From: the human T2T-CHM13v2.0 reference genome, Homo sapiens | Strand: one strand, 5' to 3' | DNA length: 64,000 nucleotides | NCBI RefSeq assembly: GCF_009914755.1 | Contig: NC_060934.1 | In this document: positions 39,035 to 53,100 of the stretch, piece after piece | Layout of the letters: each line of letters starts with the position of its first letter | Numbering within the stretch: position 1 is the first letter of the stretch | Translations under genes and position numbers: made by a program | The notes under the pieces: generated by a model | Databases searched by the model: none | What the model saw: the letters and a program-made list of their open reading frames with translations, nothing else | What the model was told of the DNA's origin: nothing

Positions 39035-42000
39035 GAATTCTCAGTAAATCCTTTGTGTTGTGTGTATTCAACTCACAGAGTGGAACCTTCCTTTATTCAG
39101 AGCAGTTTTGAAAAACACTTTTTGTGGAATTTGCAAGTGGAGATTTCAAGCGATTTGACGCCAATCTTAGACATGGAAATGTCTTCATATTAAAAGTACA
39201 CAGAGTCATTCGTAGAAACTAGTTTGTGATGTGTGCCTTCAACTCACAGAGTTTAACCTTTCTTTTCATAGAGCAGTTTGGAAACACTCTATTTGTAAAG
39301 TCTGCAAGTGGATATTTGGACCTCTTTGAGGCCTTCGTTGGAAACGGGATTTCTTCATACAACGCTAGACAGAAGAATTCTCAGTAACTTCTTTGTGTTG
39401 TGTGTATTCAACTCACAGAGTTGAACCTTTCTTTAGAGAGAGCAGAGTTGAAACACTCTGTTTTTGGAATTTGCAACTGCAGATTTCAAGCGATTCTAGG
39501 CCTATGGCAGAAAAGGAAATATCTTCGTATAAAAACTACACAGAATCATTCTCAACAACTACTTTGTGATGTGTGCGTTCAACTCACAGAGTTTAACCTT
39601 TCTTTTCATAGAGCAGTTTGGAAACACTCTGTTTGTAAAGCCTGCAAGTGCTTTTTTGGACTTCATTGAGGCCTTCGTTGGAAACGGGATTTCTTCATAT
39701 AATGCTAGACAGAAGAATTCTCAGTCACTTCTTTGTGTTGTGTGTATTCAAGTCACAGAGTTGAACCTTCCTTTAGACAGAGCAGTTTTGAAAAATTCTT
39801 TCTGTGTAATTTGCAAGTGGAGATTTCAAGCGATTTGAGGCTAATCTTTGAAATGGAAATATCTTCGTGTAAAAACTACACAGAATCATTCTCAGAAACT
39901 GCTTTGTCATCTGTGCGTTCAGTTCACAGAGTTTCACCTTTCTCTTCATAGAGCAGTTTGGAAAGACTCTGTCTGTAAAGTCTGCAAGTGATTAGTTAGA
40001 CCCCTTTGAGGCCTTCGTTGGAAGTGGGATTTCTCATTTACTGCTAGACAGAAGAATTCTCAGTAAATCCTTTGTGTTGTGTGTATTCAACTCACAGAGT
40101 GGAACCTTCCTTTATTCAGAGCAGTTTTGAAACACTCTTTTTGTGGAATTTGCAAGTGGAGATTTCAAGCGATTTGACGCCAATCTTAGACATGGAAATA
40201 TCTTCATATTAAAAGTACACAGAGTCATTCGTAGAAACTAGTTTGTGATGTGTGCCTTCAACTCACAGAGTTTAACCTTTCTTTTCATAGAGCAGTTGGG
40301 AAACACTCTATTTGTAAAGTCTGCAAGTGGATATTTGGACCTCTTTGAGGCCTTCGTTGGAAACGGGATTTCTTCATATAACGCTAGACAGAAGAATTCT
40401 CAGTAACTTCTTTGTGTTGTGTGTATTCAACTCACAGAGTTGAACCTTTCTTTAGAGGGAGCAGAGGTGAAACACTCTTTTTGTGGAATTTCCTAGTGTA
40501 GATTTCAAACGCTCCGAAGACAGTGATAGAAAAGGATATATCTTCGTATTAAAAGTAGACAAAATCATTCTCAGAAAACTCTTTGTGATGTGTGTGTTCA
40601 ACTCACAGAGTTTAACCTTTCTTTAATCGAGCAGTTTGGAAATACACTCTTTGTAAGTCTGCAGGTGGATATTTGGCCCTCTTTGAGCCCTTCGTTGGAA
40701 ACGGGATTTCCTCATATAATGCTAGACAGAAGAATTCTCAGTAACTTCTTTGTGTTGTTTGTATTCAACACACAGATTTGAACCTTCCTTTAGAGAGAGC
40801 AGATTTGAAACACTCTGTTTTTGGAATTTGCAAGTGCAGATTTCAAGCGCTTCTAGGCCTATGGCAGAAAAGGAAATATCTTCGTATAAAAACTACACAG
40901 AATCATTCTCAACAACTACTTTGTGATGTGTGCGTTCAACTCACAGAGTTTAACCTTTCTTTCCATAGAGCAGTTTGGAAACACTCTGTTTGTAAAGCCT
41001 GCAAGTGCTTTTTTGGACTTCATTGAGGCCTTCGTTGGAAACGGGATTTCTTCATATAATGCTAGACAGAAGAATTCTCAGTCACTTCTTTGTGTTGTGT
41101 GTATTCAAGTCACAGAGTTGAGCCTTCCTTTAGACAGAGCAGTTTTGAAAAATTCTTTCTGTGGAGTTTGCAAGTGGAGATTTCAAGCGATTTGAGGCTA
41201 ATCTTTGAAATGGAAATATCTTCGTGTAAAAACTACACAGAATCTTTCTCAGAAACTGCTTTGTCATCTGTGCGTTCAGTTCACAGAGTTTCACCTTTCT
41301 CTTCATAGAGCAGTTTGGAAAGACTCTGTCTGTAAAGTCTGCAAGTGATTAGTTAGACCCCTTTGAGGCCTTCGTTGGAAGCGGGATTTCTCATTTACTG
41401 CTAGACAGAAGAATTCTCAGTAAATCCTTTGTGTTGTGTGTATTCAACTCACAGAGTGGAACCTTCCTTTATTCAGAGCAGTTTTGAAAAACACTTTTTG
41501 TGGAATTTGCAAGTGGAGATTTCAAGCGATTTGACGCCAATCTTAGACATGGAAATATCTTCATATTAAAAGTACACAGAGTCATTCGTAGAAACTAGTT
41601 TGTGATGTGTGCCTTCAACTCACAGAGTTTAACCTTTCTTTTCATAGAGCAGTTTGGAAACACTCTATTTGTAAAGTCTGCAAGTGGATATTTGGACCTC
41701 TTTGAGGCCTTCGTTGGAAACGGGATTTCTTCATACAACGCTAGACAGAAGAATTCTCAGTAACTTCTTTGTGTTGTGTGTATTCAACTCACAGAGTTGA
41801 ACCTTTCTTTAGAGAGAGCAGAGTTGAAACACTCTGTTTTTGGAATTTGCAACTGCAGATTTCAAGCCATTCTAGGCCTATGGCAGAAAAGGAAATATCT
41901 TCGTATAAAAACTACACAGAATCATTCTCAACAACTACTTTGTGATGTGTGCGTTCAACTCACAGAGTTTAACCTTTCTTTTCATAGAGCAGTTTGGAAA

Positions 42001-45000
42001 CACTCTGTTTGTAAAGCCTGCAAGTGCTTTTTTGGACTTCATTGAGGCCTTCGTTGGAAACGGGATTTCTTCATATAATGCTAGACAGAAGAATTCTCAG
42101 TCACTTCTTTGTGTTGTGTGTATTCAAGCCACAGAGTTGAACCTTCCTTTAGACAGAGCAGTTTTGAAAAATTTTTTCTGTGGAGTTTGCAAGTGGAGAT
42201 TTCAAGCGATTTGAGGCTAATCTTTGAAATGGAAATATCTTCGTGTAAAAACTACACAGAATCATTCTCAGAAACTGCTTTGTCATCTGTGCGTTCAGTT
42301 CACAGAGTTTCACCTTTCTCTTCATAGAGCAGTTTGGAAAGACTCTGTCTGTAAAGTCTGCAAGTGATTAGTTAGACCCCTTTGAGGCCTTCGTTGGAAG
42401 CGGGATTTCTCATTTACTGCTAGACAGAAGAATTCTCAGTAAATCCTTTGTGTTGTGTGTATTCAACTCACAGAGTGGAACCTTCCTTTATTCAGAGCAG
42501 TTTTGAAACACTCTTTTTGTGGAATTTGCAAGTGGAGATTTCAAGCGATTTGACGCCAATCTTAGACATGGAAATATCTTCATATTAAAAGTACACAGAG
42601 TCATTCGTAGAAACTAGTTTGTGATGTGTGCCTTCAACTTACAGAGTTTAACCTTTCTTTTCATAGAGCAGTTGGGAAACACTCTATTTGTAAAGTCTGC
42701 AAGTGGATATTTGGACCTCTTTGAGGCCTTCGTTGGAAACGGGATTTCTTCATATAACGCTAGACAGAAGAATTCTCAGTAACTTCTTTGTGTTGTGTGT
42801 ATTCAACTCACAGAGTTGAACCTTTCTTTAGAGGGAGCAGAGGTGAAACACTCTTTTTGTGGAATTTGCTAGTGTAGATTTCAAACGCTTCGAAGACAGT
42901 GATAGAAAAGGATATATCTTCGTATTAAAAGTAGACAAAATCATTCTCAGAAAACTCTTTGTGATGTGTGTGTTCAACTCACAGAGTTTAACCTTTCTTT
43001 AATCGAGCAGTTTGGAAATACACTCTTTGTAAGTCTGCAGGTGGATATTTGGCCCTCTTTGAGCCCTTCGTTGGAAACGGGATTTCCTCATATAATGCTA
43101 GACAGAAGAATTCTCAGTAACTTCTTTGTGTTGTTTGTATTCAACACACAGATTTGAACCTTCCTTTAGAGAGAGCAGATTTGAAACACTCTGTTTTTGG
43201 AATTTGCAAGTGCAGATTTCAAGCGCTTCTAGGCCTATGGCAGAAAAGGAAATATCTTCGTATAAAAACTACACAGAATCATTCTCAACAACTACTTTGT
43301 GATGTGTGCGTTCAACTCACAGAGTTTAACCTTTCTTTTCATAGAGCAGTTTGGAAACACTCTGTTTGTAAAGCCTGCAAGTGCTTTTTTGGACTTCATT
43401 GAGGCCTTCGTTGGAAACGGGATTTCTTCATATAATGCTAGACAGAAGAATTCTCAGTCACTTCTTTGTGTTGTGTGTATTCAAGTCACAGAGTTGAGCC
43501 TTCCTTTAGACAGAGCAGTTTTGAAAAATTTTTTCTGTGGAGTTTGCAAGTGGAGATTTCAAGCGATTTGAGGCTAATCTTTGAAATGGAAATATCTTCG
43601 TGTAAAAACTACACAGAATCATTCTCAGAAACTGCTTTGTCATCTGTGCGTTCAGTTCACAGAGTTTCACCTTTCTCTTCATAGAGCAGTTTGGAAAGAC
43701 TCTGTCTGTAAAGTCTGCAAGTGATTAGTTAGACCCCTTTGAGGCCTTCGTTGGAAGCGGGATTTCTCATTTACTGCTAGACAGAAGAATTCTCAGTAAA
43801 TCCTTTGTGTTGTGTGTATTCAACTCACAGAGTGAAACCTTCCTTTATTCAGAGCAGTTTTGAAAAACACTTTTTGTGGAATTTGCAAGTGGAGATTTCA
43901 AGCGATTTGACGCCAATCTTAGACATGGAAATATCTTCATATTAAAAGTACACAGAGTCATTCGTAGAAACTAGTTTGTGATGTGTGCCTTCAACTCACA
44001 GAGTTTAACCTTTCTTTTCATAGAGCAGTTTGGAAACACTCTATTTGTAAAGTCTGCAAGTGGATATTTGGACCTCTTTGAGGCCTTCGTTGGAAACGGG
44101 ATTTCTTCATACAACGCTAGACAGAAGAATTCTCAGTAACTTCTTTGTGTTGTGTGTATTCAACTCACAGAGTTGAACCTTTCTTTAGAGAGAGCAGAGT
44201 TGAAACACTCTGTTTTTGGAATTTGCAACTGCAGATTTCAAGCCATTCTAGGCCTATGGCAGAAAAGGAAATATCTTCGTATAAAAACTACACAGAATCA
44301 TTCTCAACAACTACTTTGTGATGTGTGCGTTCAACTCACAGAGTTTAACCTTTCTTTTCATAGAGCAGTTTGGAAACACTCTGTTTGTAAAGCCTGCAAG
44401 TGCTTTTTTGGACTTCATTGAGGCCTTCGTTGGAAACGGGATTTCTTCATATAATGCTAGACAGAAGAATTCTCAGTCACTTCTTTGTGTTGTGTGTATT
44501 CAAGTCACAGAGTTGAACCTTCCTTTAGACAGAGCAGTTTTGAAAAATTCTTTCTGTGTAATTTGCAAGTGGAGATTTCAAGCGATTTGAGGCTAATCTT
44601 TGAAATGGAAATATCTTCGTGTAAAAACTACACAGAATCATTCTCAGAAACTGCTTTGTCATCTGTGCGTTCAGTTCACAGAGTTTCACCTTTCTCTTCA
44701 TAGAGCAGTTTGGAAAGACTCTGTCTGTAAAGTCTGCAAGTGATTAGTTAGACCCCTTTGAGGCCTTCGTTGGAAGCGGGATTTCTCATTTACTGCTAGA
44801 CAGAAGAATTCTCAGTAAATCCTTTGTGTTGTGTGTATTCAACTCACAGAGTGGAACCTTCCTTTATTCAGAGCAGTTTTGAAACACTCTTTTTGTGGAA
44901 TTTGCAAGTGGAGATTTCAAGCGATTTGACGCCAATCTTAGACATGGAAATATCTTCATATTGAAAGTACACAGAGTCATTCGTAGAAACTAGTTTGTGA

Positions 45001-46162
45001 TGTGTGCCTTCAACTCACAGAGTTTAACCTTTCTTTTCATAGAGCAGTTGGGAAACACTCTATTTGTAAAGTCTGCAAGTGGATATTTGGACCTCTTTGA
45101 GGCCTTCGTTGGAAACGGGATTTCTTCATATAACGCTAGACAGAAGAATTCTCAGTAACTTCTTTGTGTTGTGTGTATTCAACTCACAGAGTTGAACCTT
45201 TCTTTAGAGGGAGCAGAGGTGAAACACTCTTTTTGTGGAATTTGCTAGTGTAGATTTCAAACGCTTCGAAGTCAGTGATAGAAAAGGTTATATCTTCGTA
45301 TTAAAAGTAGACAAAATCATTCTCAGAAAACTCTTTGTGATGTGTGTGTTCAACTCACAGAGTTTAACCTTTCTTTAATCGAGCAGTTTGGAAATACACT
45401 CTTTGTAAGTCTGCAGGTGGATATTTGGCCCTCTTTGAGCCCTTCGTTGGAAACGGGATTTCCTCATATAATGCTAGACAGAAGAATTCTCAGTAACTTC
45501 TTTGTGTTGTTTGTATTCAACACACAGATTTGAACCTTCCTTTAGAGAGAGCAGATTTGAAACACTCTGTTTTTGGAATTTGCAAGTGCAGATTTCAAGC
45601 GCTTCTAGGCCTATGGCAGAAAAGGAAATATCTTCGTATAAAAACTACACAGAATCATTCTCAACAACTACTTTGTGATGTGTGCGTTCAACTCACAGAG
45701 TTTAACCTTTCTTTTCATAGAGCAGTTTGGAAACACTCTGTTTGTAAAGCCTGCAAGTGCTTTTTTGGACTTCATTGAGGCCTTCGTTGGAAACGGGATT
45801 TCTTCATATAATGCTAGACAGAAGAATTCTCAGTCACTTCTTTGTGTTGTGTGTATTCAAGTCACAGAGTTGAGCCTTCCTTTAGACAGAGCAGTTTTGA
45901 AAAATTCTTTCTGTGGAGTTTGCAAGTGGAGATTTCAAGCGATTTGAGGCTAATCTTTGAAATGGAAATATCTTCGTGTAAAAACTACACAGAATCATTC
46001 TCAGAAACTGCTTTGTCATCTGTGCGTTCAGTTCACAGAGTTTCACCTTTCTCTTCATAGAGCAGTTTGGAAAGACTCTGTCTGTAAAGTCTGCAAGTGA
46101 TTAGTTAGACCCCTTTGAGGCCTTCGTTGGAAGCGGGATTTCTCATTTACTGCTAGACAGAA

Positions 46163-47179
46163 GAATTCTCAGTAAATCCTTTGTGTTGTGTGTATTCAAC
46201 TCACAGAGTGGAACCTTCCTTTATTCAGAGCAGTTTTGAAAAACACTTTTTGTGGAATTTGCAAGTGGAGATTTCAAGCGATTTGACGCCAATCTTAGAC
46301 ATGGAAATATCTTCATATTAAAAGTACACAGAGTCATTCGTAGAAACTAGTTTGTGATGTGTGCCTTCAACTCACAGAGTTTAACCTTTCTTTAATCGAG
46401 CAGTTTGGAAATACACTCTTTGTAAGTCTGCAGGTGGATATTTGGCCCTCTTTGAGCACTTCGTTGGAAACGGGATTTCCTCATATAATGCTAGACAGAA
46501 GAATTCTCAGTAACTTCTTTGTGTTGTTTGTATTCAACACACAGATTTGAACCTTCATTTAGAGAGAGCAGATTTGAAACACTCTGTTTTTGGAATTTGC
46601 AAGTGCAGATTTCAAGCGCTTCTAGGCCTATGGCAGAAAAGGAAATATCTTCGTATAAAAACTACACAGAATCATTCTCAACAACTACTTTGTGATGTGT
46701 GCGTTCAACTCACAGAGTTTAACCTTTCTTTTCATAGAGCAGTTTGGAAACACTGTGTTTGTAAAGCCTGCAAGTGCTTTTTTGGACTTCATTGAGGCCT
46801 TCGTTGGAAACGGGATTTCTTCATATAATGCTAGACAGAAGAATTCTCAGTCACTTCTTTGTGTTGTGTGTATTCAAGTCACAGAGTTGAGCCTTCGTTT
46901 AGACAGAGCAGTTTTGAAAAATTCTTTCTGTGGAGTTTGCAAGTGGAGATTTCAAGCGATTTGAGGCTAATCTTTGAAATGGAAATATCTTCGTGTAAAA
47001 ACTACACAGAATCATTCTCAGAAACTGCTTTGTCATCTGTGCGTTCAGTTCACAGAGTTTCACCTTTCTCTTCATAGAGCAGTTTGGAAAGACTCTGTCT
47101 GTAAAGTCTGCAAGTGATTAGTTAGACCCCTTTGAGGCCTTCGTTGGAAGCGGGATTTCTCATTTACTGCTAGACAGAA
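46163..47179 (+). repeat. Variant 6-mer (1017 bp): A/B hybrid dimer, C, D
   Basis: A-type GTAGAAACTAGTTTGTGATGTGTGCC runs into B-type TTTAATCGAGCAGTTTGGAAATACAC; landmark spacing 1017. Confidence 0.9.
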
Positions 47180-50100
47180 GAATTCTCAGTAAATCCTTTG
47201 TGTTGTGTGTATTCAACTCACAGAGTGGAACCTTCCTTTATTCAGAGCAGTTTTGAAAAACACTTTTTGTGGAATTTGCAAGTGGAGATTTCAAGCGATT
47301 TGACGCCAATCTTAGACATGGAAATATCTTCATATTAAAAGTACACAGAGTCATTCGTAGAAACTAGTTTGTGATGTGTGCCTTCAACTCACAGAGTTTA
47401 ACCTTTCTTTTCATAGAGCAGTTTGGAAACACTCTATTTGTAAAGTCTGCAAGTGGATATTTGGACCTCTTTGAGGCCTTCGTTGGAAACGGGATTTCTT
47501 CATACAACGCTAGACAGAAGAATTCTCAGTAACTTCTTTGTGTTGTGTGTATTCAACTCACAGAGTTGAACCTTTCTTTAGAGAGAGCAGAGTTGAAACA
47601 CTCTGTTTTTGGAATTTGCAACTGCAGATTTCAAGCGATTCTAGGCCTATGGCAGAAAAGGAAATATCTTCGTATAAAAACTACACAGAATCATTCTCAA
47701 CAACTACTTTGTGATGTGTGCGTTCAACTCACAGAGTTTAACCTTTCTTTTCATAGAGCAGTTTGGAAACACTCTGTTTGTAAAGCCTGCAAGTGCTTTT
47801 TTGGACTTCATTGAGGCCTTCGTTGGAAACGGGATTTCTTCATATAATGCTAGACAGAAGAATTCTCAGTCACTTCTTTGTGTTGTGTGTATTCAAGTCA
47901 CAGAGTTGAACCTTCCTTTAGACAGAGCAGTTTTGAAAAATTCTTTCTGTGTAATTTGCAAGTGGAGATTTCAAGCGATTTGAGGCTAATCTTTGAAATG
48001 GAAATATCTTCGTGTAAAAACTACACAGAATCATTCTCAGAAACTGCTTTGTCATCTGTGCGTTCAGTTCACAGAGTTTCATCTTTCTCTTCATAGAGCA
48101 GTTTGGAAAGACTCTGTCTGTAAGGTCTGAAAGTGATTAGTTAGACCCCTTTGAGGCCTTCGTTGGAAGCGGGATTTCTCATTTACTGCTAGACAGAAGA
48201 ATTCTCAGTAAATCCTTTGTGTTGTGTGTATTCAACTCACAGAGTGGAACCTTCCTTTATTCAGAGCAGTTTTGAAACACTCTTTTTGTGGAATTTGCAA
48301 GTGGAGATTTCAAGCGATTTGACGCCAATCTTAGACATGGAAATATCTTCATATTAAAAGTACACAGAGTCATTCGTAGAAACTAGTTTGTGATGTGTGC
48401 CTTCAACTCACAGAGTTTAACCTTTCTTTTCATAGAGCAGTTGGGAAACACTCTATTTGTAAAGTCTGCAAGTGGATATTTGGACCTCTTTGAGGCCTTC
48501 GTTGGAAACGGGATTTCTTCATATAACGCTAGACAGAAGAATTCTCAGTAACTTCTTTGTGTTGTGTGTATTCAACTCACAGAGTTGAACCTTTCTTTAG
48601 AGGGAGCAGAGGTGAAACACTCTTTTTGTGGAATTTGCTAGTGTAGATTTCAAACGCTTCGAAGACAGTGATAGAAAAGGATATATCTTCGTATTAAAAG
48701 TAGACAAAATCATTCTCAGAAAACTCTTTGTGATGTGTGTGTTCAACTCACAGAGTTTAACCTTTCTTTAATCGAGCAGTTTGGAAATACACTCTTTGTA
48801 AGTCTGCAGGTGGATATTTGGCCCTCTTTGAGCCCTTCGTTGGAAACGGGATTTCCTCATATAATGCTAGACAGAAGAATTCTCAGTAACTTCTTTGTGT
48901 TGTTTGTATTCAACACACAGATTTGAACCTTCCTTTAGAGAGAGCAGATTTGAAACACTCTGTTTTTGGAATTTGCAAGTGCAGATTTCAAGCGCTTCTA
49001 GGCCTATGGCAGAAAAGGAAATATCTTCGTATAAAAACTACACAGAATCATTCTCAACAACTACTTTGTGATGTGTGCGTTCAACTCACAGAGTTTAACC
49101 TTTCTTTTCATAGAGCAGTTTGGAAACACTCTGTTTGTAAAGCCTGCAAGTGCTTTTTTGGACTTCATTGAGGCCTTCGTTGGAAACGGGATTTCTTCAT
49201 ATAATGCTAGACAGAAGAATTCTCAGTCACTTCTTTGTGTTGTGTGTATTCAAGTCACAGAGTTGAACCTTCCTTTAGACAGAGCAGTTTTGAAAAATTC
49301 TTTCTGTGGAGTTTGCAAGTGGAGATTTCAAGCGATTTGAGGCTAATCTTTGAAATGGAAATATCTTCGTGTAAAAACTACACAGAATCATTCTCAGAAA
49401 CTGCTTTGTCATCTGTGCGTTCAGTTCACAGAGTTTCACCTTTCTCTTCATAGAGCAGTTTGGAAAGACTCTGTCTGTAAAGTCTGCAAGTGATTAGTTA
49501 GACCCCTTTGAGGCCTTCATTGGAAGCGGGATTTCTCATTTACTGCTAGACAGAAGAATTCTCAGTAAATCCTTTGTGTTGTGTGTATTCAACTCACAGA
49601 GTGGAACCTTCCTTTATTCAGAGCAGTTTTGAAAAACACTTTTTGTGGAATTTGCAAGTGGAGATTTCAAGCGATTTGACGCCAATCTTAGACATGGAAA
49701 TATCTTCATATTAAAAGTACACAGAGTCATTCGTAGAAACTAGTTTGTGATGTGTGCCTTCAACTCACAGAGTTTAACCTTTCTTTTCATAGAGCAGTTT
49801 GGAAACACTCTATTTGTAAAGTCTGCAAGTGGATATTTGGACCTCTTTGAGGCCTTCGTTGGAAACGGGATTTCTTCATACAACGCTAGACAGAAGAATT
49901 CTCAGTAACTTCTTTGTGTTGTGTGTATTCAACTCACAGAGTTGAACCTTTCTTTAGAGAGAGCAGAGTTGAAACACTCTGTTTTTGGAATTTGCAACTG
50001 CAGATTTCAAGCGATTCTAGGCCTATGGCAGAAAAGGAAATATCTTCGTATAAAAACTACACAGAATCATTCTCAACAACTACTTTGTGATGTGTGCGTT

Positions 50101-53100
50101 CAACTCACAGAGTTTAACCTTTCTTTTCATAGAGCAGTTTGGAAACACTCTGTTTGTAAAGCCTGCAAGTGCTTTTTTGGACTTCATTGAGGCCTTCGTT
50201 GGAAACGGGATTTCTTCATATAATGCTAGACAGAAGAATTCTCAGTCACTTCTTTGTGTTGTGTGTATTCAAGCCACAGAGTTGAACCTTCCTTTAGACA
50301 GAGCAGTTTTGAAAAATTCTTTCTGTGTAATTTGCAAGTGGAGATTTCAAGCGATTTGAGGCTAATCTTTGAAATGGAAATATCTTCGTGTAAAAACTAC
50401 ACAGAATCATTCTCAGAAACTGCTTTGTCATCTGTGCGTTCAGTTCACAGAGTTTCACCTTTCTCTTCATAGAGCAGTTTGGAAAGACTCTGTCTGTAAA
50501 GTCTGCAAGTGATTAGTTAGACCCCTTTGAGGCCTTCGTTGGAAGCGGGATTTCTCATTTACTGCTAGACAGAAGAATTCTCAGTAAATCCTTTGTGTTG
50601 TGTGTATTCAACTCACAGAGTGGAACCTTCCTTTATTCAGAGCAGTTTTGAAACACTCTTTTTGTGGAATTTGCAAGTGGAGATTTCAAGCGATTTGACG
50701 CCAATCTTAGACATGGAAATATCTTCATATTAAAAGTACACAGAGTCATTCGTAGAAACTAGTTTGTGATGTGTGCCTTCAACTCACAGAGTTTAACCTT
50801 TCTTTTCATAGAGCAGTTGGGAAACACTCTATTTGTAAAGTCTGCAAGTGGATATTTGGACCTCTTTGAGGCCTTCGTTGGAAACGGGATTTCTTCATAT
50901 AACGCTAGACAGAAGAATTCTCAGTAACTTCTTTGTGTTGTGTGTATTCAACTCACAGAGTTGAACCTTTCTTTAGAGGGAGCAGAGGTGAAACACTCTT
51001 TTTGTGGAATTTGCTAGTGTAGATTTCAAACGCTTCGAAGACAGTGATAGAAAAGGATATATCTTCGTATTAAAAGTAGACAAAATCATTCTCAGAAAAC
51101 TCTTTGTGATGTGTGTGTTCAACTCACAGAGTTTAACCTTTCTTTAATCGAGCAGTTTGGAAATACACTCTTTGTAAGTCTGCAGGTGGATATTTGGCCC
51201 TCTTTGAGCCCTTCGTTGGAAACGGGATTTCCTCATATAATGCTAGACAGAAGAATTCTCAGTAACTTCTTTGTGTTGTTTGTATTCAACACACAGATTT
51301 GAACCTTCCTTTAGAGAGAGCAGATTTGAAACACTCTGTTTTTGGAATTTGCAAGTGCAGATTTCAAGCGCTTCTAGGCCTATGGCAGAAAAGGAAATAT
51401 CTTCGTATAAAAACTACACAGAATCATTCTCAACAACTACTTTGTGATGTGTGCGTTCAACTCACAGAGTTTAACCTTTCTTTTCATAGAGCAGTTTGGA
51501 AACACTCTGTTTGTAAAGCCTGCAAGTGCTTTTTTGGACTTCATTGAGGCCTTCGTTGGAAACGGGATTTCTTCATATAATGCTAGACAGAAGAATTCTC
51601 AGTCACTTCTTTGTGTTGTGTGTATTCAAGTCACAGAGTTGAACCTTCCTTTAGACAGAGCAGTTTTGAAAAATTCTTTCTGTGGAGTTTGCAAGTGGAG
51701 ATTTCAAGCGATTTGAGGCTAATCTTTGAAATGGAAATATCTTCGTGTAAAAACTACACAGAATCATTCTCAGAAACTGCTTTGTCATCTGTGCGTTCAG
51801 TTCACAGAGTTTCACCTTTCTCTTCATAGAGCAGTTTGGAAAGACTCTGTCTGTAAAGTCTGCAAGTGATTAGTTAGACCCCTTTGAGGCCTTCGTTGGA
51901 AGCGGGATTTCTCATTTACTGCTAGACAGAAGAATTCTCAGTAAATCCTTTGTGTTGTGTGTATTCAACTCACAGAGTGGAACCTTCCTTTATTCAGAGC
52001 AGTTTTGAAACACTCTTTTTGTGGAATTTGCAAGTGGAGATTTCAAGCGATTTGACGCCAATCTTAGACATGGAAATATCTTCATATTAAAAGTACACAG
52101 AGTCATTCGTAGAAACTAGTTTGTGATGTGTGCCTTCAAATCACAGAGTTTAACCTTTCTTTTCATAGAGCAGTTTGGAAACACTCTATTTGTAAAGTCT
52201 GCAAGTGGATATTTGGACCTCTTTGAGGCCTTCGTTGGAAACGGGATTTCTTCATACAACACTAGACAGAAGAATTCTCAGTAACTTCTTTGTGTTGTGT
52301 GTATTCAACTCACAGAGTTGAACCTTTCTTTAGAGAGAGCAGAGTTGAAACACTCTGTTTTTGGAATTTGCAACTGCAGATTTCAAGCGATTCTAGGCCT
52401 ATGGCAGAAAAGGAAATATCTTCGTATAAAAACTACACAGAATCATTCTCAACAACTACTTTGTGATGTGTGCGTTCAACTCACAGAGTTTAACCTTTCT
52501 TTTCATAGAGCAGTTTGGAAACACTCTGTTTGTAAAGCCTGCAAGTGCTTTTTTGGACTTCATTGAGGCCTTCGTTGGAAACGGGATTTCTTCATATAAT
52601 GCTAGACAGAAGAATTCTCAGTCACTTCTTTGTGTTGTGTGTATTCAAGCCACAGAGTTGAACCTTCCTTTAGACAGAGCAGTTTTGAAAAATTCTTTCT
52701 GTGTAATTTGCAAGTGGAGATTTCAAGCGATTTGAGGCTAATCTTTGAAATGGAAATATCTTCGTGTAAAAACTACACAGAATCATTCTCAGAAACTGCT
52801 TTGTCATCTGTGCGTTCAGTTCACAGAGTTTCACCTTTCTCTTCATAGAGCAGTTTGGAAAGACTCTGTCTGTAAAGTCTGCAAGTGATTAGTTAGACCC
52901 CTTTGAGGCCTTCGTTGGAAGCGGGATTTCTCATTTACTGCTAGACAGAAGAATTCTCAGTAAATCCTTTGTGTTGTGTGTATTCAACTCACAGAGTGGA
53001 ACCTTCCTTTATTCAGAGCAGTTTTGAAACACTCTTTTTGTGGAATTTGCAAGTGGAGATTTCAAGCGATTTGACGCCAATCTTAGACATGGAAATATCT

